The position numbers and the translations under genes were made by a program. A stretch of DNA of 64,000 nucleotides. It comes from Clostridia bacterium. GTDB taxonomy: Bacteria > Bacillota > Clostridia > Oscillospirales > CAG-272. Position 1 is the stretch's first letter. Every line of letters starts with the position of its first letter. This document shows, piece by piece, positions 16,652-25,375 of this stretch. The stretch lies in contig JAFYOX010000009.1 of the NCBI GenBank assembly GCA_017547755.1, positions 5,949-69,948 of the forward strand, read 5' to 3'. The notes under the pieces were generated by a model. It saw only the letters and a program-made list of their open reading frames with translations, was not told the origin of the DNA and did no database searches.

Positions 16652-18955
16652 ATGAAAAGCAATATTACCGCGCTGGAATTCAAAATCCACGAAATGGCCG
16701 CCCGTATTGCGGAACTTCGTGAAATCGAAGGATTCAGCACTGCCGAAATGGCTGCTAAGACCGGTATTACCGAAGCAGAATACATCGAATGCGAAAGCGG
16801 ACGCCTGAATCTGACCTTCGCGTTCATCTATCGCTGCGCGCTGGCGTTCAACGTCGATGTCACCGACATCATCGAAGGGAAAAGCCCGACGCTTGCCGGA
16901 TACACCGTTACCCGTGCCGGAAACGGTCAGAAGATCGAACAGGCGCACGGTCTGACCTACTTCAACCTCGCTTCTTCCTTCAAAAACCGTATTGCCGAAC
17001 CGCTGTATGTCGTTGCCGAATACAACGAGACCGCGGAACGCTCCGACATTGAACTGACCACCCACGACGGTCAGGAATGCGACATCGTCATTTCCGGGAC
17101 CCTGAAGGTACAGGTCGGTGAACACAGCGAGATCCTGAAGCCGGGCGACAGCATCTACTACGACAGCTCGATCCCGCACGGCATGGTCGCCGTCGAAGGT
17201 GCGGACTGTCTCTTCTACGCGATCGTTCTCAATCCCGCCGGAGAAGCGGAAGACGAACGTGAAGTCGAAGTTACGGCGGCAAGACCCTCCATCGTTGCAA
17301 CCACGGACAAATCGAAATATCTCTACAAGAAATACATCGAGACCAAAAAGGATGCCAACGGCACTCCCGTTGAAATCAAGATCACCGGCGAAGACAAATT
17401 CAACTTTGCCTTTGACATCATCGACGTGCTCGGCACCGAAAAACCGGATAAGCTCGCCATGCTCCATGTTGCGAACGACGGCGTGACCGAAAAGCGCATC
17501 ACCTTCCACGATCTCAAGCGTGCGTCCGCACAGTGCGCGAACTACTTCAAGTCGCTCGGCATCAGGAAAGGCGACCGCGTCATGCTCATCCTGAAGCGTC
17601 ACTACCAGTACTGGTTCGCCATGCTCGGTCTGAACAAGCTGGGCGCGATCGCGATCCCCGCACCGAACCAGCTCCTCGTGCATGACCTTGAATACCGCTT
17701 CAACTCCGCCGGCGTTTCCGCGATCCTCTGCACCGCGGACGGCGACACCGCGCATCAGGTCGACATGGCTGCCGAAAAGTGTGACTGCCTCAGGACGAAG
17801 ATCATCGTAAACGGCGAACGCGAAGGCTGGCGCAGCTTCGACGAAGAATACAACCTCTTCAGCGGCAAGTTCGAACGCACCGACGACAGCCCGTGCGGCA
17901 ATGATCCGCTTCTCATGTTCTTCACCTCCGGTACGACCGGTTACCCGAAGATCGCAATGCACAACCACAAGTATCCGCTCGGCCACTTCCATACCGCGAA
18001 GTATTGGCACTGCGTGGATTCCTCCGACACCGGTCTGCACTTCACCATTTCCGATACCGGCTGGGCGAAGTCCATGTGGGGCAAGATGTACGGTCAGTGG
18101 ATCTGCGAAGCGGCGATCTTTGTCTACGACTTCGACCGCTTCGACGCGGCAAAGATCCTGCCGATGATCGGCAAGCACCGGATCACGACGTTCTGCGCAC
18201 CGCCGACCATGTATCGTATGCTCATCAAGGAAGACCTGTCGAAGTACGACTTCTCCTCCCTCAAGCACGCGACCACCGCAGGCGAAGCGCTCAACCCGGA
18301 AGTTTACCGAAAATTCGAAGAAATCACGGGACTCCAGATCATGGAAGGCTTCGGTCAGTCCGAAACGACCTGCATGATCGGCAACCTGACCGGCGCGCCG
18401 CATAAGCTCGGCTCCATGGGCAGACCGTGTCCTCTCTATGATATCCACCTCATCGACGCGGACGGCAACGAAACCGCCGACGGTGAAACCGGCGAAATCG
18501 TGGTCAACGTTGCTGACGGCGCACCGTGCGGCCTCTTCACCGGCTACTACAACGACGAAGCGAAGACCGCCGAAGTATGGCACGACGGCTACTACCACAC
18601 CGGCGACACCGCATGGCGTGACGAAGACGGCTTCCTTTGGTACGTCGGCCGCGTAGACGACGTCATCAAGTCCTCCGGCTACCGCATCGGGCCGTTCGAA
18701 ATCGAAAACGTCATCATGGAACTCCCCTACGTTGTGGAATGCGGCGTTTCCCCGGAACCGGACGAAATCCGCGGACAGGTCGTCAAGGCTTCCATCGTCC
18801 TCACCAAGGGCACCGAACCGACCGAAGAACTCAAAAAGAAAATCCAGAACTACGTCAAGCAGAACACCGCTCCCTACAAATATCCGAGAATCATCGTCTT
18901 CCGCGATGAACTCCCGAAAACCACCAGCGGCAAGATCATGCGCAACAAGTTATAA
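16652..18955 (+). CDS. Fusion protein: XRE-family HTH plus cupin domain fused to an AMP-forming (medium/short-chain) acyl-CoA synthetase
   Basis: ATG 16652 lies behind GGAG. The N-terminus has an HTH (FSTAEMAAKTGITEAEYIECESG) and a cupin (GDSIYYDSSIPHGM). The C-terminal part has adenylation motifs FFTSGTTGYPK, YHTGD, SSGYRIGPFEIE and PKTTSGKIMR. Confidence 0.9.
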   Translation: MKSNITALEFKIHEMAARIAELREIEGFSTAEMAAKTGITEAEYIECESGRLNLTFAFIYRCALAFNVDVTDIIEGKSPTLAGYTVTRAGNGQKIEQAHGLTYFNLASSFKNRIAEPLYVVAEYNETAERSDIELTTHDGQECDIVISGTLKVQVGEHSEILKPGDSIYYDSSIPHGMVAVEGADCLFYAIVLNPAGEAEDEREVEVTAARPSIVATTDKSKYLYKKYIETKKDANGTPVEIKITGEDKFNFAFDIIDVLGTEKPDKLAMLHVANDGVTEKRITFHDLKRASAQCANYFKSLGIRKGDRVMLILKRHYQYWFAMLGLNKLGAIAIPAPNQLLVHDLEYRFNSAGVSAILCTADGDTAHQVDMAAEKCDCLRTKIIVNGEREGWRSFDEEYNLFSGKFERTDDSPCGNDPLLMFFTSGTTGYPKIAMHNHKYPLGHFHTAKYWHCVDSSDTGLHFTISDTGWAKSMWGKMYGQWICEAAIFVYDFDRFDAAKILPMIGKHRITTFCAPPTMYRMLIKEDLSKYDFSSLKHATTAGEALNPEVYRKFEEITGLQIMEGFGQSETTCMIGNLTGAPHKLGSMGRPCPLYDIHLIDADGNETADGETGEIVVNVADGAPCGLFTGYYNDEAKTAEVWHDGYYHTGDTAWRDEDGFLWYVGRVDDVIKSSGYRIGPFEIENVIMELPYVVECGVSPEPDEIRGQVVKASIVLTKGTEPTEELKKKIQNYVKQNTAPYKYPRIIVFRDELPKTTSGKIMRNKL

Positions 18956-18966
18956 AATATGCTTTT

Positions 18967-19191
18967 GCGGGGAAAAACTTTTTGAAAAAAGTTTTTCCCC
19001 GCACTCCTTTTCAAAAACTTTTATACTATATGGGCAGACAAAAAAAGTGCAGATTTGAAGGAATAAAACGGCTGTAAGCCTTACAGAAATTTTATTCCTT
19101 CAAATCTGCACTTTCTATGTATATTCTTTTCGTTTAAAAGTTTTTGAAGAGGGGTCCGGGGAGGAACTTTTTTCAAAAAGTTCCTCCCCGG
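18967..19191. repeat. Composite nested palindromic element, copy 1, between convergent genes
   Basis: Palindrome A is at 18967-19002 (GCGGGGAAAAACTTTTT/AAAAAGTTTTTCCCCGC), followed by the flank CCTTTTCAAAAACTTTTA. The central hairpin has arms 19044-19068 and 19090-19114 (25 bp, AAAGTGCAGATTTGAAGGAATAAAA) with an inner CTGTAA/TTACAG pair. The inverted flank TAAAAGTTTTTGAAGAGGGG follows, then palindrome C at 19156-19191. Confidence 0.9.
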
Positions 19192-19206
19192 GAAATACTA
19201 TTCTCA

Positions 19207-20775
19207 TCAATCAAAATTCACGCCGTAGTCGATGGATTTGCCGTCGGGGCCGGTGACGGTGTAGTAGAGGACGTTGCCGGTTGCGTTTACGCGGATGCCT
19301 TCGAGCTGACCGATGTAGATCGTCTGGGCATTGCCGTTCTGGAAGATCATGACAAGACGGTAGTCCGAAGCGCTGCCGCCGTACAGACCTTTTCCGTAGA
19401 GGATGGTGCAGCGTTCCGCTTCATAGTTATAGAGAATTTCCGCGCCCGCTTTCGCGTCGCTGACTGCGGTACTGTATGCGCTGTTCGTTCCCGCAGAAGC
19501 GGCCGGCGAAGTATAGATCGGAACGGACGTGCTCTTGTTGAGGTTCGAGAGTTCCGTCAGACCGCTGGCTTCCAGGATCACGGAATCCTGCATACCCGCA
19601 AGGAATTTCACGTCGTATATGGAAGAGAGATCGATTTTTTCATCAAAATAGAACGCATAAGTGGTGTATTCATCGCCGGAAGCATCCGTGTGTTCCGCAT
19701 ACCAGAGCTGCGTGACCGGGATCCGGTTTCCGTTGATGTAAAGGTATGCCAGACTGTTGATCGCGTAATATTTATCCGCAATGTCGTTGACTGCCTTGCC
19801 GTTGATGCCGACTGCCGCATTGTCCAGCCAGCCGCGCGCGATGCTGAGGGATTCATAGCCGCATCCCTTGTAGAGACGGAAGGACAGGCAGTTCGATTCC
19901 AGTTCTACATTGGTCGCCAGACTGAGCATGCACGCACTGTCGACCGTTACGCTGCCGTTCGCAACCGTAAAGTCTGCGCCGATACCGCTGATGCCGGTGA
20001 TGTTCTGTGCCTTTTTCGAACCGGGATAGAGGCTGAGCTTATTGGAAGAAGTCTGCGCGGTGATATTTCCGACGACGGTGGAAGAAGACGTATTTCCGGT
20101 CGAAGAAGGCGCGGAAGAAGGCTGCTGAACCGCTCCTGCCTTGACTCGCACCGACGGATCGATCATGCGCATGACCACCGCGGAGATTTCACTCCGCTTT
20201 ACCGCGGATTCCGGCTGAATATTTTTGTGTTCGTCGCCGGTCATCAGTCCCCAGCGGTACATCCGGTAAACCGCTCCGGCATACCACGCCTCCGTGTTCA
20301 CATCCGGCAGAACGCCGAACGCCGCCGTGTTGATCTCATCCATATTCCCTTTCGCGGAAATGAGCGCACGGGAGAAAAGAACCGCTACCTGTCCGCGCGT
20401 CGCCGGTGCATTGTAGTCCGGATACACTTCGGTTGCAATGCCGTTGGTGGTCGCGTAATCCACATAACCGTCGTACCAGTTGGACGTGGAGGACGGGATA
20501 TTGGACGCCGCGCCGGTGGAGATCAGCTGATGGCAGGATGCCGCCAGTTTGATCGTCTGGGCAATGGTCAGAGTCGCGTCGGGTTCAAAAGAAGAGGCAC
20601 TCGTTCCGCTGATCAGTCCGAGCGAATATGCGGACGCCACTTCGTCGTAATACCACGCGTTCGCCGCTACATCCGAAAATTCACCGTTGTACGAACGCTG
20701 TGCCGTATATGCTCCCGCCGGCGTCACAAGGAAAAGCGCAGCCAGCGCGGAGGCAAGAATTTTTCTGCATTTCAT
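19207..20775 (-). CDS. SLH-domain cell-surface protein
   Basis: A signal peptide (MKCRKILASALAALFLVTPAGA) is followed by SLH-like repeats (FSDVAANAWYYDEVASAYSLGLISGTS..., and EAWYAGAVYRMYRWGLMTGD). Confidence 0.8.
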   Translation of the reverse strand: MKCRKILASALAALFLVTPAGAYTAQRSYNGEFSDVAANAWYYDEVASAYSLGLISGTSASSFEPDATLTIAQTIKLAASCHQLISTGAASNIPSSTSNWYDGYVDYATTNGIATEVYPDYNAPATRGQVAVLFSRALISAKGNMDEINTAAFGVLPDVNTEAWYAGAVYRMYRWGLMTGDEHKNIQPESAVKRSEISAVVMRMIDPSVRVKAGAVQQPSSAPSSTGNTSSSTVVGNITAQTSSNKLSLYPGSKKAQNITGISGIGADFTVANGSVTVDSACMLSLATNVELESNCLSFRLYKGCGYESLSIARGWLDNAAVGINGKAVNDIADKYYAINSLAYLYINGNRIPVTQLWYAEHTDASGDEYTTYAFYFDEKIDLSSIYDVKFLAGMQDSVILEASGLTELSNLNKSTSVPIYTSPAASAGTNSAYSTAVSDAKAGAEILYNYEAERCTILYGKGLYGGSASDYRLVMIFQNGNAQTIYIGQLEGIRVNATGNVLYYTVTGPDGKSIDYGVNFD

Positions 20776-20921
20776 AGGGATAACTCCGTTTTCATCGATT
20801 CTGCTTTTATTATACCATACAGAATCCGGGAATTCAACAGGTTTTTCTTAAGATTCAACACTCTCTTTTTCCGCCGAATCCCCGCACTTCCTGCACAATT
20901 TTTCATATAGAATATAAAAAA

Positions 20922-20947
20922 GCAGCCGCACATCGCTGTACGGCTGC
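20922..20947 (-). terminator. Intrinsic terminator of the 20979..21851 gene
   Basis: The GCAGCCG...CGGCTGC hairpin is followed on the minus strand by TTTTTTATATT. Confidence 0.7.
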
Positions 20948-20978
20948 CGGGATTCCCTCAGGAATAACGATTATGAAA

Positions 20979-21851
20979 TTAACCGCGGAAGGTGAAGGGG
21001 CTGAGGAGCTTGGTGAAGATGCTGAAGGTGGGGATTTCTTCAAGGATCACAGGATACTTGGAAACTTCTTCTTCAACGATTTCTTCTTCAACTTCTTCAA
21101 CAACTTCTTCTTCGATAGCTGCAGCTTCTTCAACTACTACTTCTTCAGCGATTTCTTCAACTGCTTCTTCAACAACTTCTTCTTCAACTACTTCGTAGTT
21201 AGCAAGAAGATAATCGAGGATTTCCATAGCAACTGCATAGAAGCCTGCTTCGTCGATCGGGAAACCTGCTGCGTTGAGGAGTTCAACCATGAATGCAACG
21301 TCAAGGAGACCTGCTTCTTCAGCAACTGCGAATGCTTCAGCAACGCCTTCTTCGAGGGTTACGTTCAGGCTCTGGCAAACGAGAAGAGCGAAGCCAGCGG
21401 AGAATTCGGTGATTTCGTACTTTTCGATGGGAGCAGCAACTGCATATACAGCAGCAACAACTTCTTCTTCGGTAGTGGTTACGCCGAGTGCAGCGAGAAC
21501 AGCAACAACGGAAGCGGGGGTGATTTCGTTTTCACCGAAGAGAGCAGCAACTTCTTCAGCGGTAACGGTAAGACCCTGCGCAGCAGCAACAGCAGCGATG
21601 TGAGCAGGGGTAACGTCGATCGTCTTATCCATAACAACGATGTCGATTACCTGTTCTTCAGCAACTGCTTCTTCTTCAGCAGCTTCTTCAACGATCTGAC
21701 CTTCTTCTTCGGAAATAAGCATGATGCCTGCATCGTCTGCAGCGATTTCTTCGATTACCGCATCAACGGGAGCAGCTTCTTCCGCAAAAACAGCGGGAGT
21801 CATTGCAGCGCACATAAGAGCTGCAAGAACAAGAGAAATGATCTTTTTCAT
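20979..21851 (-). CDS. Secreted hyper-acidic E/V/A-rich protein (paralogue 1)
   Basis: Signal peptide MKKIISLVLAALMCAAMTPAVFAEEA, long EEVV/EEAV low-complexity tracts, and internal GLTVTAEEVAAL-type repeats. GGAGGA RBS. Confidence 0.8.
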   Translation of the reverse strand: MKKIISLVLAALMCAAMTPAVFAEEAAPVDAVIEEIAADDAGIMLISEEEGQIVEEAAEEEAVAEEQVIDIVVMDKTIDVTPAHIAAVAAAQGLTVTAEEVAALFGENEITPASVVAVLAALGVTTTEEEVVAAVYAVAAPIEKYEITEFSAGFALLVCQSLNVTLEEGVAEAFAVAEEAGLLDVAFMVELLNAAGFPIDEAGFYAVAMEILDYLLANYEVVEEEVVEEAVEEIAEEVVVEEAAAIEEEVVEEVEEEIVEEEVSKYPVILEEIPTFSIFTKLLSPFTFRG

Positions 21852-22020
21852 TTGTAAATATCCTCCATAAGTAAGATTGGGTACATTATATCACAAAATT
21901 TCGGAATTGTCACCACTTCCCGAATTTTTCTTTTTTTAATAAATGACAAAAATTGCATCCGAAATCTCCTGCGGAACAGCAAACTTCCCTATTGCTTCCT
22001 GCCGCATAAGTTTTTTCAAA

Positions 22021-22054
22021 AAAATCCCCTGCATACTGTATGCAGGGGATTTTT
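22021..22054 (-). terminator. Intrinsic terminator of the 22078..22692 gene
   Basis: AAAATCCCCTGCATA-ctg-TATGCAGGGGATTTT forms a hairpin with flanking A and T runs. Confidence 0.75.
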
Positions 22055-22077
22055 ACGTTTGAATTTTATTCAAAAAC

Positions 22078-22692
22078 TTATGCCTTGAGAGCAGCAGTAA
22101 GAGAACCGCCGTTGTTGTCGATAACTTCTGCAACAACATTCTTAACGGTCTTACGAACAGGAGCAAGGAAGGGGTCGTTAACGAGAGTAATTTCAACAGC
22201 TTCTTCAGCAGCAACTTCTTCAACTACTACTTCTTCAGCAACAGCTTCTTCAACTGCTACTTCTTCAGCAACAGCTTCTTCAACTGCTACTTCTTCAGCA
22301 ACAACTTCTTCAACTACTTCTTCAGTAGCCGGAGCGGGAACGAGAAGAGCGAGAACTGCAACAACAGCTTCGTCGGAAAGTTCAACGCCGTAAACCAGAG
22401 CAGCTGCCTTGAGAGTATCTGCGGTGATTTCAACGCCGGAAGCGAGGATTGCGGTTACCATTTCGGGAGTAAGGGTGATGCCGTATTCAGCAGCGAGAGC
22501 AACAACTGCTTCAACGTCAACAACTGCAGTTTCAACAACTGCTTCTTCAACAGCTGCTTCTTCAGCGGTTTCAGCGATTGCAACAACAGCTTCTTCAGCA
22601 ACGGTTTCAACAACTGCTTCGTCAGCGAAAACGGCAGGAGTCATAGCAGCGCACATAAGAGCTGCGAGGATGAGAGAAAGAGTCTTCTTCAT
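22078..22692 (-). CDS. Secreted hyper-acidic E/V/A-rich protein (paralogue 2)
   Basis: The start is placed at ATG 22692, behind GGAGGA. The signal peptide MKKTLSLILAALMCAAMTPAVFADEA is almost identical to that of paralogue 1. The protein also has GITLTPEMVTAIL-type repeats and AEEVAVEEAV tracts. Confidence 0.8.
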   Translation of the reverse strand: MKKTLSLILAALMCAAMTPAVFADEAVVETVAEEAVVAIAETAEEAAVEEAVVETAVVDVEAVVALAAEYGITLTPEMVTAILASGVEITADTLKAAALVYGVELSDEAVVAVLALLVPAPATEEVVEEVVAEEVAVEEAVAEEVAVEEAVAEEVVVEEVAAEEAVEITLVNDPFLAPVRKTVKNVVAEVIDNNGGSLTAALKA

Positions 22693-22855
22693 ATCGGATA
22701 ATCCTCCATATATAAGATTGAATTGAAATTCGGATGTATTATACCACAAACCTTTCCGTTTGTCACTATTTTCCGCCATTTTTCTTTTAGATATTCCTCA
22801 CAAAGTTTTTTGTAAAAAATCACCAAAAACCTTTCAATCTCCATCATATTGGAAA

Positions 22856-25237
22856 TTACGCCTTGTTTTCCGCACAGAATTTGAGAATTTCGGACAGATT
22901 CCGGTACAGCCGGACGGTTCCGTCCGCCGCGACGGCGAGCGTCGGTGCCTGCGTGATTCCGAGATCGGTGCAGAGCTGTGCGTTGTCTTCCGCATAGAGC
23001 TTTTCATATGCAATTCCCGCAGCCGTCAGCTTCGCTTCGGCAACACGGCAGTTCGGACAGGTCTGCGTTGCGATCAGATAAATGCCGTCGGTCAGAACGG
23101 GAGCCGTTTCCGCCGCTTCTTCCGTCTTTACCGCGGGTTCCTTCGCGGAGCCTGCATCGGAAGCATAATCGATTTCATACAGACGGCGGTCCTTGAATTC
23201 CTGCGCCTTGCCGCTGTTCCAGTTCTGTACCGGACGGTAATAACCGGTGATACGGCTGTAAACTTCGGTCTTTTCGCCGCATTCGGGGCATTCGTAGTGT
23301 TCCCCTGCGATATAGCCATGGTTCTTGCAGATCGAGTAGGTCGGGCTCATCGTGTAGTACGGGAGCTTGTAGTTTTCCGCAATCTTCCGGACAAGGGTCG
23401 CCGCCGCCTTCCAGTCGGGCAGCTTTTCGCCGAGGAATGCGTGGAAGACCGTACCGGAGGTATACAGGGTCTGGAGTTCATCCTGGATATCGAGCGCTTC
23501 AAAGATGTCCGCAGTATGACCGACGGGGAGGTGCGAAGAGTTCGTGTAGTACGGAGTACCGTTTTCGTTGGCGGTGATGATGTCCGGATACGCTTCCTTG
23601 TCGTGCTTTGCAAGACGGTAGCTGGTGGATTCCGCCGGGGTTGCTTCGAGGTTGTAGAGGTCGCCGTATTCTTCCTGATAGTCGGAGAGACGTTCGCGCA
23701 TGTGGTTGAGGACATCCTTCGCAAACTGCAGGGACTTTTCTTCCGCGATGATGCCGCCGAGCCACTTCGCGTTGAGGCAGGCTTCGTTCATGCCGACCAG
23801 ACCGATGGTGGAGAAATGGCTGTCAAAATTGCCGAGGTAACGCTTGGTGTACGGATACAGCCCCTTGTCCATGAGATCGGCGATGACTTCGCGCTTGATC
23901 TTGAGGGAACGTGCCGCGATGTCCATGAGGCGGTCGAGTCTCTTGTAGAAGTCCGCTTCGTTTTCCGCGAGGTATGCGATTCTCGGGAGGTTGATGGTGA
24001 CAACGCCAATGGAACCGGTGGATTCGCCGCTTCCGAAGAAACCGCCGGACTTGCGGCGCAGTTCGCGCAGGTCGAGACGCAGACGGCAGCACATACTGCG
24101 GACGTCGCTCGGTTCCATGTCGGAATTGATGTAATTGGAGAAGTAGGGCGTACCGTACTTCGCGGTCATTTCAAAGAGGAGCTTGTTGTTTTCGGTTTCG
24201 GACCAGTCGAAATCGCTGGTGATAGAGTAGGTCGGGATCGGATACTGGAAGCCGCGTCCGTTGGCGTCACCTTCGATCATGAGTTCCATGAACGCGCGGT
24301 TGACCATATCCATTTCCTTTTTGCAGTCCTTGTAGCAGAAGTCCTGTTCCACGCCGCCGACGATCGCCGGGAGTTCCGCGAGGTCCGCCGGAACCGTCCA
24401 GTCGAGGGTAACGTTCGAGAACGGTGCCTGCGTACCCCATCTGGACGGGGTATTCACGCCGAAAATGAAGGACTGGAGGCACTTCTTGACTTCGTAATAG
24501 GTGAGGTTATCCTTCTTGACGAACGGTGCGAGGTAGGTGTCAAACGAGGAGAACGCCTGCGCGCCTGCCCATTCGTTCTGCATGATGCCGAGGAAGTTGA
24601 CCATCTGGTTGCAGAGGGTGGAGAGATGCTTTGCCGGACGGGAGGTGATCTTGCCCGTCACGCCGCCGAGACCTTCCAGAATGAGCTGCTTGAGCGACCA
24701 TCCCGCGCAGTAGCCGGTGAGCATGCCGAGGTCATGGATGTGCATTGCCGCGGACTGATGCGCTTCGGCGATCTCCTTGTCATACATTTCGGAAAGCCAG
24801 TAGTTCGCCGTGATCGCGCCGCTGTTGGAGAGGATCAGACCGCCGACGGAATAGGTGACGGTGGAGTTTTCCTTGACGCGCCAGTCGAGGTTTCCGAGGT
24901 AGCCGTCCACGAGCTTTTTGTAGTCGAGCAGGGTCTTTTCGGTGTTGCGGAGCTTTTCGCGCTGCTTGCGGTAGAGGATGTAGGACTTTGCCACATCCGC
25001 ATAGCCGGTTTCGCTGAGGACACGTTCCACGCTGTCCTGGATGGTTTCCACGCCGACGGTATTGTTCTGCACCTGCGGTGCGAAATCCGCCGTTGCGCGG
25101 AGTGCGAGAAGTTCGATCACGCTGCCGTCGTGCGGAATACCGCACGCGTCAAATGCCTTGGTGATGGCGGCAGCGATCTTGCTGATATCGAAGCGTACGG
25201 AGGAACCGTCGCGCTTGATCACGTTATAGTATGTCAT
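22856..25237 (-). CDS. nrdD: Anaerobic ribonucleoside-triphosphate reductase (class III) with a fused C-terminal glutaredoxin/NrdH-like domain
   Basis: ATP-cone (VIKRDGSSVRFDISKI), Zn ribbon (CPECGEKTEV) and the glycyl-radical motif SRITGYYRP. About 100 extra C-terminal residues end in IATQTCPNCRVAEAKL...GITQAPTL. The start is ATG 25237, behind GGAGAA. Confidence 0.9.
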   Translation of the reverse strand: MTYYNVIKRDGSSVRFDISKIAAAITKAFDACGIPHDGSVIELLALRATADFAPQVQNNTVGVETIQDSVERVLSETGYADVAKSYILYRKQREKLRNTEKTLLDYKKLVDGYLGNLDWRVKENSTVTYSVGGLILSNSGAITANYWLSEMYDKEIAEAHQSAAMHIHDLGMLTGYCAGWSLKQLILEGLGGVTGKITSRPAKHLSTLCNQMVNFLGIMQNEWAGAQAFSSFDTYLAPFVKKDNLTYYEVKKCLQSFIFGVNTPSRWGTQAPFSNVTLDWTVPADLAELPAIVGGVEQDFCYKDCKKEMDMVNRAFMELMIEGDANGRGFQYPIPTYSITSDFDWSETENNKLLFEMTAKYGTPYFSNYINSDMEPSDVRSMCCRLRLDLRELRRKSGGFFGSGESTGSIGVVTINLPRIAYLAENEADFYKRLDRLMDIAARSLKIKREVIADLMDKGLYPYTKRYLGNFDSHFSTIGLVGMNEACLNAKWLGGIIAEEKSLQFAKDVLNHMRERLSDYQEEYGDLYNLEATPAESTSYRLAKHDKEAYPDIITANENGTPYYTNSSHLPVGHTADIFEALDIQDELQTLYTSGTVFHAFLGEKLPDWKAAATLVRKIAENYKLPYYTMSPTYSICKNHGYIAGEHYECPECGEKTEVYSRITGYYRPVQNWNSGKAQEFKDRRLYEIDYASDAGSAKEPAVKTEEAAETAPVLTDGIYLIATQTCPNCRVAEAKLTAAGIAYEKLYAEDNAQLCTDLGITQAPTLAVAADGTVRLYRNLSEILKFCAENKA

Positions 25238-25308
25238 ATATTCTCCGTTTCTGTCATATACCGGTTCTTGAATTCGAGTGCGCTTATTATACCATATGCC
25301 TCTCCCGT

Positions 25309-25324
25309 TGTCAATATCTTGTGT
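25309..25324 (-). promoter_or_regulatory. NrdR box (proximal)
   Basis: The minus strand reads ACACAAGATATTGACA, which resembles the NrdR 16-bp palindrome. Confidence 0.6.
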
Positions 25325-25340
25325 CAACAAAATTTATGTA

Positions 25341-25356
25341 CCACAATATATAGTGT
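25341..25356 (-). promoter_or_regulatory. NrdR box (distal)
   Basis: The minus strand reads ACACTATATATTGTGG, a near-perfect NrdR-type palindrome. Its centre is 32 bp from the proximal box, about 3 helical turns. Confidence 0.75.
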
Positions 25357-25375
25357 TTTGTAGTGCAAGAGCACA

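Noticed and set aside
20973-21857. A 294-aa plus-strand ORF rich in FFNNFFF, and repetitive GAAGAAG/CTTCTTC DNA here, at 22200-22330 and at 48440-48610. This was briefly considered as a CRISPR-like or tandem-repeat array.
   Set aside because: The periodicity is codon-level (Glu/Val codons of the minus-strand acidic proteins). There are no repeat-spacer units of constant length and no cas genes.
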